From Lama guanicoe (lineage: Eukaryota): DNA of 64,000 nt. Location: assembly GCA_013239625.1 (NCBI GenBank), contig MU053376.1, positions 1,512,833 to 1,576,832 on the forward strand, given 5' to 3'. The notes under the pieces were generated by a model, which saw only the letters and a list, made by a program, of their open reading frames with translations, was not told where the DNA came from and searched no databases. Of the stretch, positions 51,041 through 62,979 are shown piece by piece. Position numbers and translations under genes: made by a program. Positions within the stretch are counted from its first letter, which is position 1, and every line of letters starts with the position of its first letter.

Positions 51041-53149
51041 AATAACTTTTTAATACGCCTACTTTTCTCCAATCCACTGACTCGATTTTTCAACTGTCAC
51101 ATTGCAGTAGACTACTTCATAGGGTAATTAGGATTAAATGATTATCCATTCACACAAATATATATAGACAGATGTAATTATTTAGAACAGTGCCTAGCAT
51201 ATAGTAATCACTGAATAAGTGTTAGAAAGAAGGAATAAAAGGGAGAATAGAAGGATGAGAGGATGGAAGGAAGGAAAAAATAACCTGTTAACTGTTCTTC
51301 CCTTTCCCATTGTCCTTAAGTCAAGTTCCAGAATTCCTCCCTTGACTTACACGGCCCAAACAGGCCTCCTTTCAGTTTCCTGAAGACATCGTGCTCTCAT
51401 TTTCACACTTGATTTTGTCTGGTGCAACATCCCCACCCATCCTCCCGGCCCCGCCCCAACTTTTTTACTTTGTTAACTCTTATTCTCAGCTTACTCATAA
51501 CCTCTTCACCACAGAAGCCTTCCTGATTTCCCCTGACCAGGCACCATGGAGTGTTTAAAATAAGACATTATCTGTTAGACATGGGCAAGAGAATGCCTTG
51601 CCCTGGGCTTCATGTTTTAGAAGGTACCATAGATGAAAACCACAAAAGACCTAAATCTATTAAAAACATAGGGGTGTTTCTGTCATGTGGGGTTCAGCAT
51701 TCGGTGCTGGCACGCATACCTGGTCAGATTAACACTTGTTTCTGAGACTCAGGCTCCGGAGAAACACTTCTCAATATATATTGCCCTATGTCTTCAGAAA
51801 AGAAAAAAAATTGCATCTGAAATGCCCTGAAGGTTTGTGGGGTGTGTCACTGTGGACCTGGGAGACAGACATAACTTTGGAGTGAAGGGTGGAACTGAGC
51901 TGTCAAAGTGCTTAGCTAAGTGAAAAGAAAATTGACGTGTCAGATCCTTCCTCTCAGATAGTATGACTGCAGTGGATTCCTGCATGACACGTCATTTCCC
52001 AGCAGTGCTGGGCAACCATTTTCTTGCTCCTCTTTGAGTTTCAATTTCTGGTTCTGGAGGCACTCGTGAATGTATAGGATGTGCTGCACTGCACATGGTG
52101 GCTGAGGAAGGTTTTGTAGTATTAAATAAGTCATAACATTCTTACCTTTGTAGCTCTGGATGTAACATACATGAAACACGATACCTACCCGTTTTATTGA
52201 TAGCCACATGGACACTGAACACAAATGTTGCAAATAGTTTCATTTTTATCAATATATTTAATTAGGTTTAAATTTTCAAAAAAAAATGAATGAAGTGTCC
52301 AGCTCTTCAATGGGAACTTTTTGTCTCTTTCTATTATTTCCTCTGGAAGAAAAGAATATTGGATCTTGAAGTTTTCAGAAACCCAGGTTCAAAATCAAGG
52401 GACTTCAGCCCACATTTACTACTTTCCCTTCCCACTCTCCTTGCTTATGAATAAATTGTCTTCCTTCCAGTCTTAGGGAGTGAGGTCTGAGTTAAAAGCT
52501 TGAGCTAAGTCCTTGATGGGGGTGTGCGGTGTCCTTGTGATTCCCTGCTGTAGCTCCTTCAAGGTGGATTTGAGGAGTGGTATGATGGATGTAGGTAAGG
52601 GTGGAGGAAAGTCACAGATTCATTGTCCCATCCTGCCCAGAATCTTAGGGCTCATGTTGTTCTGGCCTGACCAGTACTTTCAGCTGCTCTTTCCAGAAGC
52701 CTTCAGAGGCCATAGGCTGGTATGTCTGTATTCTTAGAGCCAGGATTTGGAGCAATTCCCTCTCAAGGCCTTCCTTCCCCCTCAGAAGACTATCCTTTCT
52801 GATGCTACAAGAGAGTGGTGAGGCCAGAGGGAGAGAGGGTCCCCTGCTCATCCTTCTCCCAGTCATCCCACAGATCTTTAGAGACCTGGCTGTCCCCAGA
52901 GTCAAGAAGGGAAAAGAGCTGAACCCAGAAGCTGGGGTGGGGGTGGTAAGGAATGTTGGCAGATAGAGGGAGAGGGGTGAATAGGGAGAGGTCAGGTAGG
53001 GGAACCCAGAGAGCTTGAGCTAAGTACCAAACCCAACAGCAAAACAGCCCTTGTCCTTGAGATCTCCCTGGATCAGAGTGAACGAGCCACACACCACGGG
53101 CTCCTGGGGCAGGCAGTGTGCTGTCACTGACAAAGCACAGGACTTGGGA

Positions 53150-53590
53150 ATGTTTGAGCTGCGTTTGACTTCTAAGGCTGCCCCTTAAGAACGGTGTGAT
53201 CTTGGGCAAAAGACTTCTCTGAGCTTCAGTATCTTCTTTAGGACTATTAGCACGGGCTTTGGCTTCTGCCCCGATACCTGCACGACCTTGGGCAAATTGC
53301 TTAAACTCTGAGCCTCAGCTTTCTCAACGGTAAAAACTGGGGGAGTGACACTTTTGGTGTTGGCAGCACTAAATAAGATAATCAATCGACGGGAAGGAGA
53401 TTTCCTCAGTACCGTAGGATCATGGAAGAACAATGAGCTTGGGGTCAGGTGACATGGGTTTGAATCTGCCCCCTGTTAGATGTATAACCTCTCTGAGAAC
53501 TAACTCCTCCTTGGTAAGAAGAAGGGCTCCTTCTTAGTGGGGCTCTGATGAGATAAGGTGTATGAAAGCACTTTGCACAGCTCTGTACGA
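53150..53590 (+). mobile_element. Three consecutive MIR fragments
   Basis: Repeated tgtgatcttgggcaa / gaccttgggcaaattgcttaaactctgagcctcag / gggtttgaatc cores. Confidence 0.6.
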
Positions 53591-54487
53591 ATGTGAAGAA
53601 TCCTTTTTGTTCTTCAGCTCACCCTCTAACAAAGGCTGAATAAGTACTGAATTGGCCAAAAAGGGAGGGTGAGGGAAGGAATGTGAAATCTTAGGGGGAG
53701 TAGCAAAAACCCTCAAATAATCCCTGCACTGTGTTTCTAACTTTCCATTAGGCCCAAGCTCCTAAAAAACAGCTCACATCCCCAGGCAGGTAGATGGGAT
53801 GGGGCAGGGGGCTGTGAAGAGGGAAAAGGAGCCCACTGCTGTCAAACCCCAGGAAGGCATGGAAGGTCCTTGCCTGGAGAAAAAAAAAGGGAGTTTTTCA
53901 AGTCCCAGCTCCCTCTGTGTCTCCCTCCATGACCTCAACTCCCTTGTGATCCACAAAGCACAGCTCCCAGCCTTGAGCCAAGAAATGCTGCCTTTCAATG
54001 CCCCCCACCTGACAGCTACTGAGCAGATTCAAATATGCTCAGGCTTGGATTCCAGAGAAAAAAGGCAGGAGTTCCATAGCCCCCAAAGGGAGGGCAGTTC
54101 GATCCCCTCTCCTGCCTGATCAGCCAGGGCAGAGCCCCTCAAGCCAGTCCCCCACCCCATGCCCTCCAATTCCCTGGACATGATGCCAGGGCCAGAGCCC
54201 TGCTGGTCCTGCACTCCACCGAGAGGCTGGGTCATGAGTGCCCTTCTCTTGGGAGCCCAGCCTGCAGGATGTGCCAGGGAAATGTTTCCACAGATTAGTG
54301 CCTCCTGGGGCGGGACAGCAGCAGCAGGTGGCAGGAGTAGGACAGGGGAGGGAGCAAAGCCCCAGGAACGCTTGGGAGGAGCCCAAGGACAGAGGCTTCC
54401 TTCTCAGAACCAGGAGGTCTGGGGTTCCTCCAAAGCCCTGTGCCTCTGTTTCACCCCTCAGTGACCAGTTGATGTTGCATAGATCAT

Positions 54488-54493
54488 TTTATT
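54488..54493 (-). terminator. PM20D1 polyadenylation signal (AATAAA)
   Basis: TTTATT on plus ~590 nt past the stop codon. Confidence 0.65.
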
Positions 54494-55076
54494 TGACCAA
54501 CTGTTTGGGTAATTATGGTAGCCGAGTTTGACTAAGTCCTGCTCCAGGGGTAGAACAAATTAGAGGGTAGGGGGAAGGATGTAGGGGCAGGAGAGAAGAG
54601 ATGAAAAGTCAGCTAAATAACCCAAGGAGAGTGGGGGCAGAAAAGGGAAAGGAAGTTACAGTAAGAAGAAATATATAATTGATGAAGACAGCCTAACAAG
54701 TATGTCCTAAATTAAACACTTGTGAAAGGTAAAACCTGGTTGATATTTTAAAAATCTGCATTTAAGTCAGCCCTTAACAAGGGGCAGTTAAATCACCAGT
54801 GTAAGACAGACAAGTCAGGTACCTTCTAAGATCGGGCCAAGAGGGCAGTAAATGCCAGTCAGTGGATGGCTGTAGTCCTTGGGTGGAAAGGAGAAACCAG
54901 ATTCCTGCTGGCCCTCCCCTTCCCCCTGGCCTTGTTCTTGGGTGAGTCTGAGGAGTGAGCAAGGCAGGTGGGCGAGATTATTATAATGACCCAAGGTTTC
55001 ATCAACACTGGCTTTCCGCCTTGGGTTAGTCCTGGCCCCAGCCTCAGGCATCCCTGACCCAGCTGGCTCCCCAACC

Positions 55077-55200
55077 TCATAGTTCGTGCAGGTGAGGAGC
55101 TGGCATCCGGTCTGCGTCAGCATTCTGGATCAGCTCAAAGATGAATTTCACCTGGGTCTCATAGGCTTGGACTGAGATCTTCTCATTGATTCCGTGGATG
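55077..55200 (-). CDS. PM20D1: PM20D1 last exon: IHGINEKISVQAYETQVKFIFELIQNADADRMPAPHLHEL*
   Basis: Acceptor CCCTCAG; M20 HGxNE motif; TGA at 55077-55079. Confidence 0.95.
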
Positions 55201-56396
55201 CTGAGGGAAAGAGATGCAGGGGGCAGAGTCCACTGCTGTAGTACAAGTGTTATTACAGAGCACCCCCTCACCCTACATCCCCGGAGGCAGCCATTTGTAA
55301 GAAGTGAGGGCTCATATGACATGTTGGTCATCACTCCAGGGCAAATGACCATGGCAAAGAACCGTGCGGGGAGATAGTAAACTGGGGAGTTCAGAATTCT
55401 CTCCTGCTCTGGAATCCATTCAATAATTTCTCCTTTGAGAGGAAATGATCTCTGTAATTCTCTCTTTTAGGCCAGAGTCCCAGCTAGACTTATCTCTAAG
55501 CCAGCAACCCCGCCCTCACATTACTAGGGACACAAATGGAAAGGGAGGGCAGCTCCCCAGGGTACCCACGGGGTTCCCTATTTCACTGGGAACTTCACCA
55601 CCAGACCCGATGCCCACAACCTGCCTCCCCAACACAGTTCCAACACCTGACCAAACCTCAAAGATGAGAGAACATAAAGAAGAGTTATCCCCTTGCTACT
55701 CCCACCTCCATTAAAAAATGAACCAAAGAACACCCCCCCATGAAATCTGTACTTTAGCTTATATTCAAATATTTTTGTTCTGTTGGCAACTGACTTATGA
55801 TGAGGAAATCAGGGCTGGATATGCTAAGGAGCAGAGGGCTAAATGAACCCCCCCCACACACACACACCCCGGGACTAACAAGTTGCTGAAGAACCCACAA
55901 AGCAGTAATTCACACGCAGTAGTTGAAACTGGTGAACATGTCTTCGGTTCCTACAGTGGGTGTTTCTTTTGAGGATTCAAAGCACGAGCCCACCTTTGAC
56001 CTCGTCCATGTTTGCATTTCACTGAGTGGTAACTGAGAACTCTAGAGTCTCTCCTTTTTGGGGAGAAAATGAGGTCCAGAGGGGAAGCACTCTCTCAAAA
56101 GGAGGCAGAGCTGGGATTAGCACCCAAGGGTCCCAATTCTTACAGGCTCTCTCCAATCATCTGATTATCCCCATCCCTGAAAAATAGTCACCAATTCCCA
56201 CAAACTCTGGGGAGTGACAAGACTCTGGTACTGAGGGAATTTGGCCAGTTGGGTTCTACAATGTCTTAATTTTAGTTTGTGCAACCCCAGGTTTCCCCCA
56301 TTCTGTGGACTGTCAGGAGAATGGGGTGGGAAACAGATAGGTCAGTGTATCTCCCCTCTCCCCACCAAGCTGTCCAAACCTGTTGCACTCACACAC

Positions 56397-56496
56397 CTGC
56401 GGAAGCCCTGAGGCTGCAGGTAGATGGGGTTGAACCGGTAGATGCCAGTGGTGAGGTTCGTAAAGTGTCTGCTGTCTGTGTTGCCGATGCAAATAC
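56397..56496 (-). CDS. PM20D1: PM20D1 penultimate exon: ICIGNTDSRHFTNLTTGIYRFNPIYLQPQGFR(S)
   Basis: Hand-translated; acceptor TTTCTAG, donor AG|GTGTGT; 100 nt; GNTD motif. Confidence 0.95.
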
Positions 56497-57879
56497 CTAG
56501 AAAGAGAGAATCAAGAGGAATGGGGCTTTATGAGAGCAGCCAAGCCAAGACAGTGGTGGCAGATGGGCTATCTGGAAAATCAGGACCCCTGAGTCACCCC
56601 CAAACATATCTGGCCCCTCTTTGGGAGCCTGCAGCTATGAATTTTTATCCTCAGGCTACTAATTCTCAAAAACTTTCTAAGATACCATTTTAGCCAGGAC
56701 CATGGGATCTCCTCCCAAGGGCATTAGTGAGACACCTCTTGAATGGTCCAAAGCTAAGTACCCTTCTCCATGATGACCAGGGAGGCCAATAGGTTCATTT
56801 CATACCCATTGCCAGGTTATCCTAGAAATCTAGACATCCAGAAATCTAAGTATCACTTCTTTATTGCCTGAGCTTTCTTGTATATCACCCAGGCCAGAAA
56901 TAAACACTCTCGGGGGTAAATTTCCTGTTATTCTTGTCCTCTGAAGGAGGACTCTGTTTTCTGAGAGTCAGACTTCAGGTCTGGAAAGCCCCAGGACACT
57001 CCTGGTGTCCTGCGCTCTTCGTGTCATGGCACTCCCCAGCTGGGGCTGGGACTTGTCCCTAGTATAGGAGGGGACTTTGAAAAAAGGCGCGCTGGAGCAT
57101 GAGTTAAGGATGATACATGTTTTGTTCTATTTTCCACTCCTGATTTCAAATGGGTAATCAGCCCCTTCACAATTCCTTGCTTTGGGGATTTCTGCCAGTT
57201 GATGCCTGCCTATCTTTGTTCCGTGAAAAATCAAACTCTGTTGATGGGATTATGGCAGGTGCCCCATAAGGCAGAGGGGAGGGGAGGGAGCCTTTGAGGG
57301 CCTAGAAAGGAGAATCAGGGAGTGTGAAAGCCAGGGTTCCTAGATGGTGGGGACCCAGTTCCTGTTCTGTGGCAGGAGTCCAAGGAGGTGGCAAACCTCA
57401 GAGGGTATGTTCAGGGAGGATGTTGGGTCTAAAGTCAAAGATCCCACTCCCCAGACGGGCCAGGAAATCAGAGGAAATCTGCAACCTGCAGTGACCTTGT
57501 GGCTGAAACAACGGATGTCTCCGAGGTAACCCTGAGGACCCATGACCTCAGGCTAAGGGACCCTGATGCCATGTTGCCGCATAAGACCCTGAGGCCTGAT
57601 TCAAAGTAGGGGTGGTGAGGGTGCTTGGAGTAATGTCTGAGGTTGAATTTCTGAGGAGTGAGTCAGATTTAAGTTGATTTTTAAAAAGTCTGCTTTTTTC
57701 ACACCTGAAGAGTTTATGGATGCAGAATTTCACTGCACTCTCCTTAAAAGCCCATACCTAGCATGGGGGCAGGTCCTAAGAATTGGCTTGGAAAATGAGG
57801 GAATCCATGACTAAACCCAGAAAAAAGGCAAGTGGACACAGGGCCTCACATTAGAGCATCTCTTCCTCACATCACAGAC

Positions 57880-58065
57880 CAGAGATTCTCAAACTGTGGT
57901 CAGCCATCATCTGGTGTCAGAATCCCCTGGGGCATTTGTTAAAACGGCAGATTCCAGGGTCCTCTGCAGAGCTGGCTAACCCGAATCTTTAGGAGTGGGT
58001 CCAGGTAATCTGCATTTTAATAAGTTCCCTAGGCGATCCTCTTCTACTCTGGAAACTGAGAAGCT
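57880..58065. mobile_element. MER5A-like element
   Basis: attctcaaactgtggtc...tcagaatcccctggggcatttgttaaaacggcagattccagg...ctgcattttaataagttccctaggcgatcct. Confidence 0.75.
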
Positions 58066-58556
58066 CTGTCTATGCGGTCTGTAGATCTGGAAGGTATGTT
58101 GCAAGACTGGGGAAGGGGCCGAGAGGCACTGCTGCCGGGAGAGGTCAGGGGGTTCATGCAAATGATACAGTCAGGAGGACTTTCTGGGCTGCAGATTCCG
58201 AGCTCTGTTGCTGAGCTGTTATTCTAGAGTGGATCAGAACCCACCTGGGGGGGAACCTGGGCCCCTCTGTGTCTCCTCTGGAGGAGGGGGAGGCTAGGCT
58301 GAATCCTCTCAGAGTGACTGGCCTAGGTTAAACAAGGACCCAGGCTTGGCTGACCTAATTGATTGTTTCTGCTCCTTTCCTGTTTGCGTTCTCACTTCCA
58401 CTTGGAGGGGAAAATACAGTTCCAGTCCCATCAGGAGAGGAAGCAGCCAGCTGTTTCCAGGCTGAACAGCTGGGGTGGGGGTGGGGCAGTGAACACTGGA
58501 TAGGAAACAGTCCCAGCCCCCACCGCCCCCCCAGCCACCCCTGATGAAGTCATCAC

Positions 58557-58725
58557 CTGGGACAACAATGTTGACTTCTGGGAAGACAGAGTGTACGGTC
58601 TGGCGGAGCAGCTGGTAGCCCAGGGCCTGATCGTCAGAGGGGCTGACCGGCAGGGGGTCAAAGGCACCCAGCACCTGGAACTGGACCCGGTCATCAGCCA
58701 CAATGTCCTTGGCTAGTTTTAGGAC
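58557..58725 (-). CDS. PM20D1: PM20D1 third-last exon: VLKLAKDIVADDRVQFQVLGAFDPLPVSPSDDQALGYQLLRQTVHSVFPEVNIVVP(G)
   Basis: Matches the PM20D1 (M20 peptidase family, N-acyl amino acid synthase/hydrolase) C-terminal region; acceptor CTCCAG, donor G|GTGAT; 169 nt. I found no upstream exons in the window. Confidence 0.95.
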
Positions 58726-59544
58726 CTGGAGGGAGGAAACAAAGAGAGTTCAATTTCTTATCCATCTGCCATCCAAGTGCCCGGTGAACTGACACAGTCC
58801 TGCTTTCTCTCCAGCAAGGCAGAGCCCTGCGGTTTACAGAGGGGACTCATTTTAGCACTGGGACCTCAATTTCAGCTGACTGGTGGTAGGAGCTAGAAGA
58901 GCTGGGTCTTTCTGGAAATCTCCAGCAGGGGAGATTTAGGTTAAGTGTTTGCGAGCCTTGCCTTACAGCCACGAAGCAGGCGGGGGATTGGACAATCAGG
59001 AAATTGTGTCCTTCCCCTTGGGTTGTGAGCTATGGGCCGGATGAAACTAGAGAAGAGACAGCACAGTAGAAACCATCTCGAGGCAGGAGGAAAAGATGTG
59101 ATGACCTCACTTCAACCTGGGAGAGCCTCAGACAGGTGGTGAAAGGGTCACACACTTTTCTTTCTTTCCCCTCTCTGGGCATCCCTGCTTCCTGTTTGTA
59201 ACCAACTGCACCGGAGCCAGGAAGATGAGCTCAACAGACAAAAAGTCAGGAGTTGGGGGACTGGTATTCAAGTTCTCTCTCTTTGCCTCCTTTCCTCAGG
59301 AAGGAACCTGAGGAAGCTTCTAGAAAATTTGGTCTGAAATGACTAGGGCAGGACTCAGCAAAAGTCCTGGTCCTAGGCAGGATGTAGACCAGACCCTGAG
59401 GATCAGATCACACAGAGCCATGTGGGAATGGACCAGGGGGCTGGTTTAGGGTGGCCCCCCGAAACCCACCTAGCTACCCAGAGAGAGCCCCAGCACTGGT
59501 CTCAACCCATCTGATTGGCAGTTGCTTTAGAATTGTCTCTGGCA

Positions 59545-59718
59545 AAAGGAGCACGTATAGCTCAGTGGTAGGTGGGGTGTGTCGAGTTCAACCCCCAGTA
59601 CCTCCATTAAAAAAAATTAAATAAATAAATAAACCTAATCACTTCCCCAAAAGCAAAGAAAGAAAGAAAGAGAAGAGAAGAGAAGAGAAGAGAAGAAGAA
59701 AAGAAAAGAAAAGAGAAA
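59545..59718 (+). mobile_element. Internally deleted tRNA-derived SINE with (GAAA)/(GAGAA)n tail
   Basis: gtatagctcagtggtag...gagttcaacccccagtacctccattaaaa lacking the anticodon arm; purine microsatellite 59655-59718. Confidence 0.75.
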
Positions 59719-62716
59719 GCTGTCTCTGCTGTACAAGGGTGAGTGTCTCATGGCTGGAGGGCATTGTCTCATGCGCACCCCTTTTGGGTCGGTGTCCCCT
59801 AGCAGCATGCTACGAGCCGAGTCTGGAAAGGAAACGAAGGTTTCTACTTCTGGCTTAGAAATCACCATTTTTTCTGCCATTGGATTGGGGGAGAGGTCAA
59901 CTCACTCACCAGTGCTTATTTTCACTCTAGTCCGTATCTCCAAAACACTCTAATACAAGAACATAAAGTCTTGATGTATACTTGACCCACCGGGAGGTTC
60001 CCAAAGTCATCCCCTATAAGGTGGGTTGGGACTGTGCCCGCTGCCCCCCGCCAGGATGGCACACTGACTGGACCTCCTTCAGTGAGAATCGTAAGAGTCC
60101 AGGTTTCCCACAAGATGCTCGGCTAGGTCCTGACTCAAAGTCAGGGGCTGTGCCCACCTCATTCCTCTATTTCCAGTGCCAAGAACATAAAAGGCATGCA
60201 GTGAACCTTGGGTATACAAAATTGAAAGATGTGAACCAATAAAAATAACAGTGGGGACTGTCTCATTAAGTAACTTGCCCGAGGTTTATAACAGTCAGTG
60301 TTGTGGGCTGCGTGCCCGAGCCTGGTCTGTCTAACATCACAAGGACGACGCTTTACTGCTTCCACAGTACAGACAGGCTGGGGTGGAGTGGAGAAGAGAC
60401 AGAAAGAGGGTGGTCTTCATTCAAGACGGAATCCTTAGTGGTATGAACTTTGAGCCAGAATTTGAAGTATATGAAACTGATGGAGAAGAGGCAAGGGGTA
60501 GCCTGAGCATGGAGAGAAGCACGCACAGAAATTGAGCAGAAGCACCGAACTTTGTCGCTCAGACGGCCACTTGCAGTTGTGTGACTTCGGGCAAGCTCCG
60601 TAAGCTCTATGTCTTGGCTTGCTCATCTGTTAGCACAGGATACTAGTAGCACCTGCCTGGTAAGGCGGTTGTTACCATTACCAGGATATATGCCATGTGC
60701 TTAGCTGGTTCCTGGCACACAGTACACACACACTCCAATATATTTTAGCTGTTATTTGCCTTTTTAGAATAGAGGGACCACCCTGGGTGATAACCAGAGA
60801 CAGAAGGATAGGACCAAGGGGAGGGACTCATCAGTGGTAAGAGGACCTCAAAGGTTACTTTAGAGCAGACTGATCCTTCATTTCTTTGAGCTCCCAGTCC
60901 TTACAGCCTATTCCCACACTGTGCTGACTTCTGTTTTGAGCAAACTCTTTTTTCCCAAATCCCTCTCAAGTGAATGATAGATTTGTCTAAGGAAAGGAAT
61001 GAATGCTTAAAAACTGGTAAGGTGTTTAGAGTTAGCAAGAGCAGCTTCGTCCTGCTGTAAGGCTGCTCATTAGAGCATCCATGACAGGTTGTCATTAGCT
61101 TGTGCTTGAATAATTCCAGTGGCAGAAAGGTCACCATCATGTGTTTTTAATCTATTCCACATTTGAACAACTCTGTTATGAACTTCTTCCTAATAATGAA
61201 CTGAGATAAGGCTTTCTGTAGCATCTAACTTCCCTCCATCTCTCTCTCTTTTTTCTTTTTTGATATTCTATGTAGACCACAGATACAGGTACTGGACACA
61301 TCAGCTGCATTTCACCTCTGTTGAGATGAGAGGCCTGAGTTCTTGCTGCCTGGATGCTGTTCCCAGGCCGTTGCTCCTTCTTGGGTCTCAGGGTAAGTAC
61401 GCCTCAGAGAGGGCTGACTACTATATTTAAAGCTGCTCACCGCCCCACTCCCTCCTCCACAACCACTTTGTGACACTTCAACCTACAATCGTCTTTATGG
61501 TACCCACTTCTTAAAAAACCACCTGGTTCATTCATTTGATTACTTGCTTACTGCTGCCTCTTCTCCATTAGCATGTAAGCCCCAGTGGGATGGGGATCTT
61601 GGCTGTCTTGTTCAGCATTTTCCCAAGTGCTTGGAAGGATGGCTAGCCCATAGTAGCCACTCAGTAAACCCTTGGCAAATGAATAAATGGAGGAAGAAAG
61701 GAATTTTCTGTAAAACACTTCAAACAGGTGGACATCCATCCTCTGAGAAGCTCATTACCATCCAAGGTGCCATACTCGAACATATTTAAGTGGGTGCTCC
61801 TTGAAGCATTTTCCAGTGGCCTTATTTCTACTCCCTGAGGCCCACTGAGAATAAGCTTTCCTTTTACTCGGTGGTCTGTTACATGTCTGAAGGCTCTTGT
61901 TCCTATAAGATGGCTGCCAGAGACCTATCTGGCATCTGTCTTTGGGACAGACCACTTAAAGATGGAGGGAAAGGGTTCTTGGAGCCATTTAAGTTCGCAC
62001 TGGATCCAGCCCAAGGCTCTGCACCTTCAGCCCTCAGACCAGCAGGGAGTGTCCCTGACGCATGGAATCGGAGCACGAGGAGTGGAGTGACCAGGACAAA
62101 GCTGTGTGCTTTTGGGACGATGGGGTCTTTCCGTTCCTCACTGGGGCAGGTGAGCAGGATGGGCCTGGGGATTCCAGGGAACTCATCAGATAGGTGGGGA
62201 AGGAAGGCCACGGTGGCAGGGGACTGGAGGGGAGGGAAGAGTGCCAGAACCTGGGGAGATGAAAGCCCCAGCTGGGGGCAAACGGCCCTTGGAAAGGGCA
62301 TGAAGTTGGAATGAGGCTGGAAAAAAACTGGTGGAAAGAAACTCAGTGAGGGGAATTCAGTGATTTCCTGGCCCCATGAGCCCCTGGGGAGAGGACAAAG
62401 GTTGGCACTGGATGAAAAGCAGCAGAGCCCAGGGCTCACATTGTCCCAGCTCCCCCTCAATGCTGGGTGATGCTGGGCAGGCTGTCAACCTGTCCCCCCA
62501 ATTCCTGCGGCCAGGGGTGTGCCTCCCACCCTCTGTGAGGACACACAAAATCCTCCACCGGGAAGGCTCTAGGGAGAAAGGACAACAGAAGTCTAAGCGT
62601 GGTGGACCCTGGATGATTTGTGCCAGGGACTCCGGAAACACCACGTGCCCCTCACCCTGCTTAATTCTGGAACATATTACTTATCTGACAGTTGTTACGT
62701 TGCTTCTTTTGATCAC

Positions 62717-62935
62717 TTTTTTTTTTTTAATGGAGGTACTCGGGATTGAACCTGGGACCCCGTGCATGCTAAGCATGCACTCCACTACTGAGCTGTACCC
62801 TCCCTTTTTTTTGGATCATTTTTTAAAAAAAATTTTCTGGGGGGTGTAGGTACTTAGGTTGGCTTACTTATTTTTAGAGCATACCTTATGTATGCTGAGC
62901 ATGCACTCCACCACTCGAGCTATACCCTGCCCCCC
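62717..62935 (-). mobile_element. Two tandem tRNA-Ala-derived SINEs
   Basis: tggaggtactcgggattgaacctgggaccccgtgcatgctaagcatgcactccactactgagctgtaccc, followed by a second partially deleted copy ending gagctataccctgccccc. Confidence 0.8.
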
Positions 62936-62979
62936 TAGGTTTACCTTTTGAATTCTTTTTAGCTCAACCTGGTGTTTCA

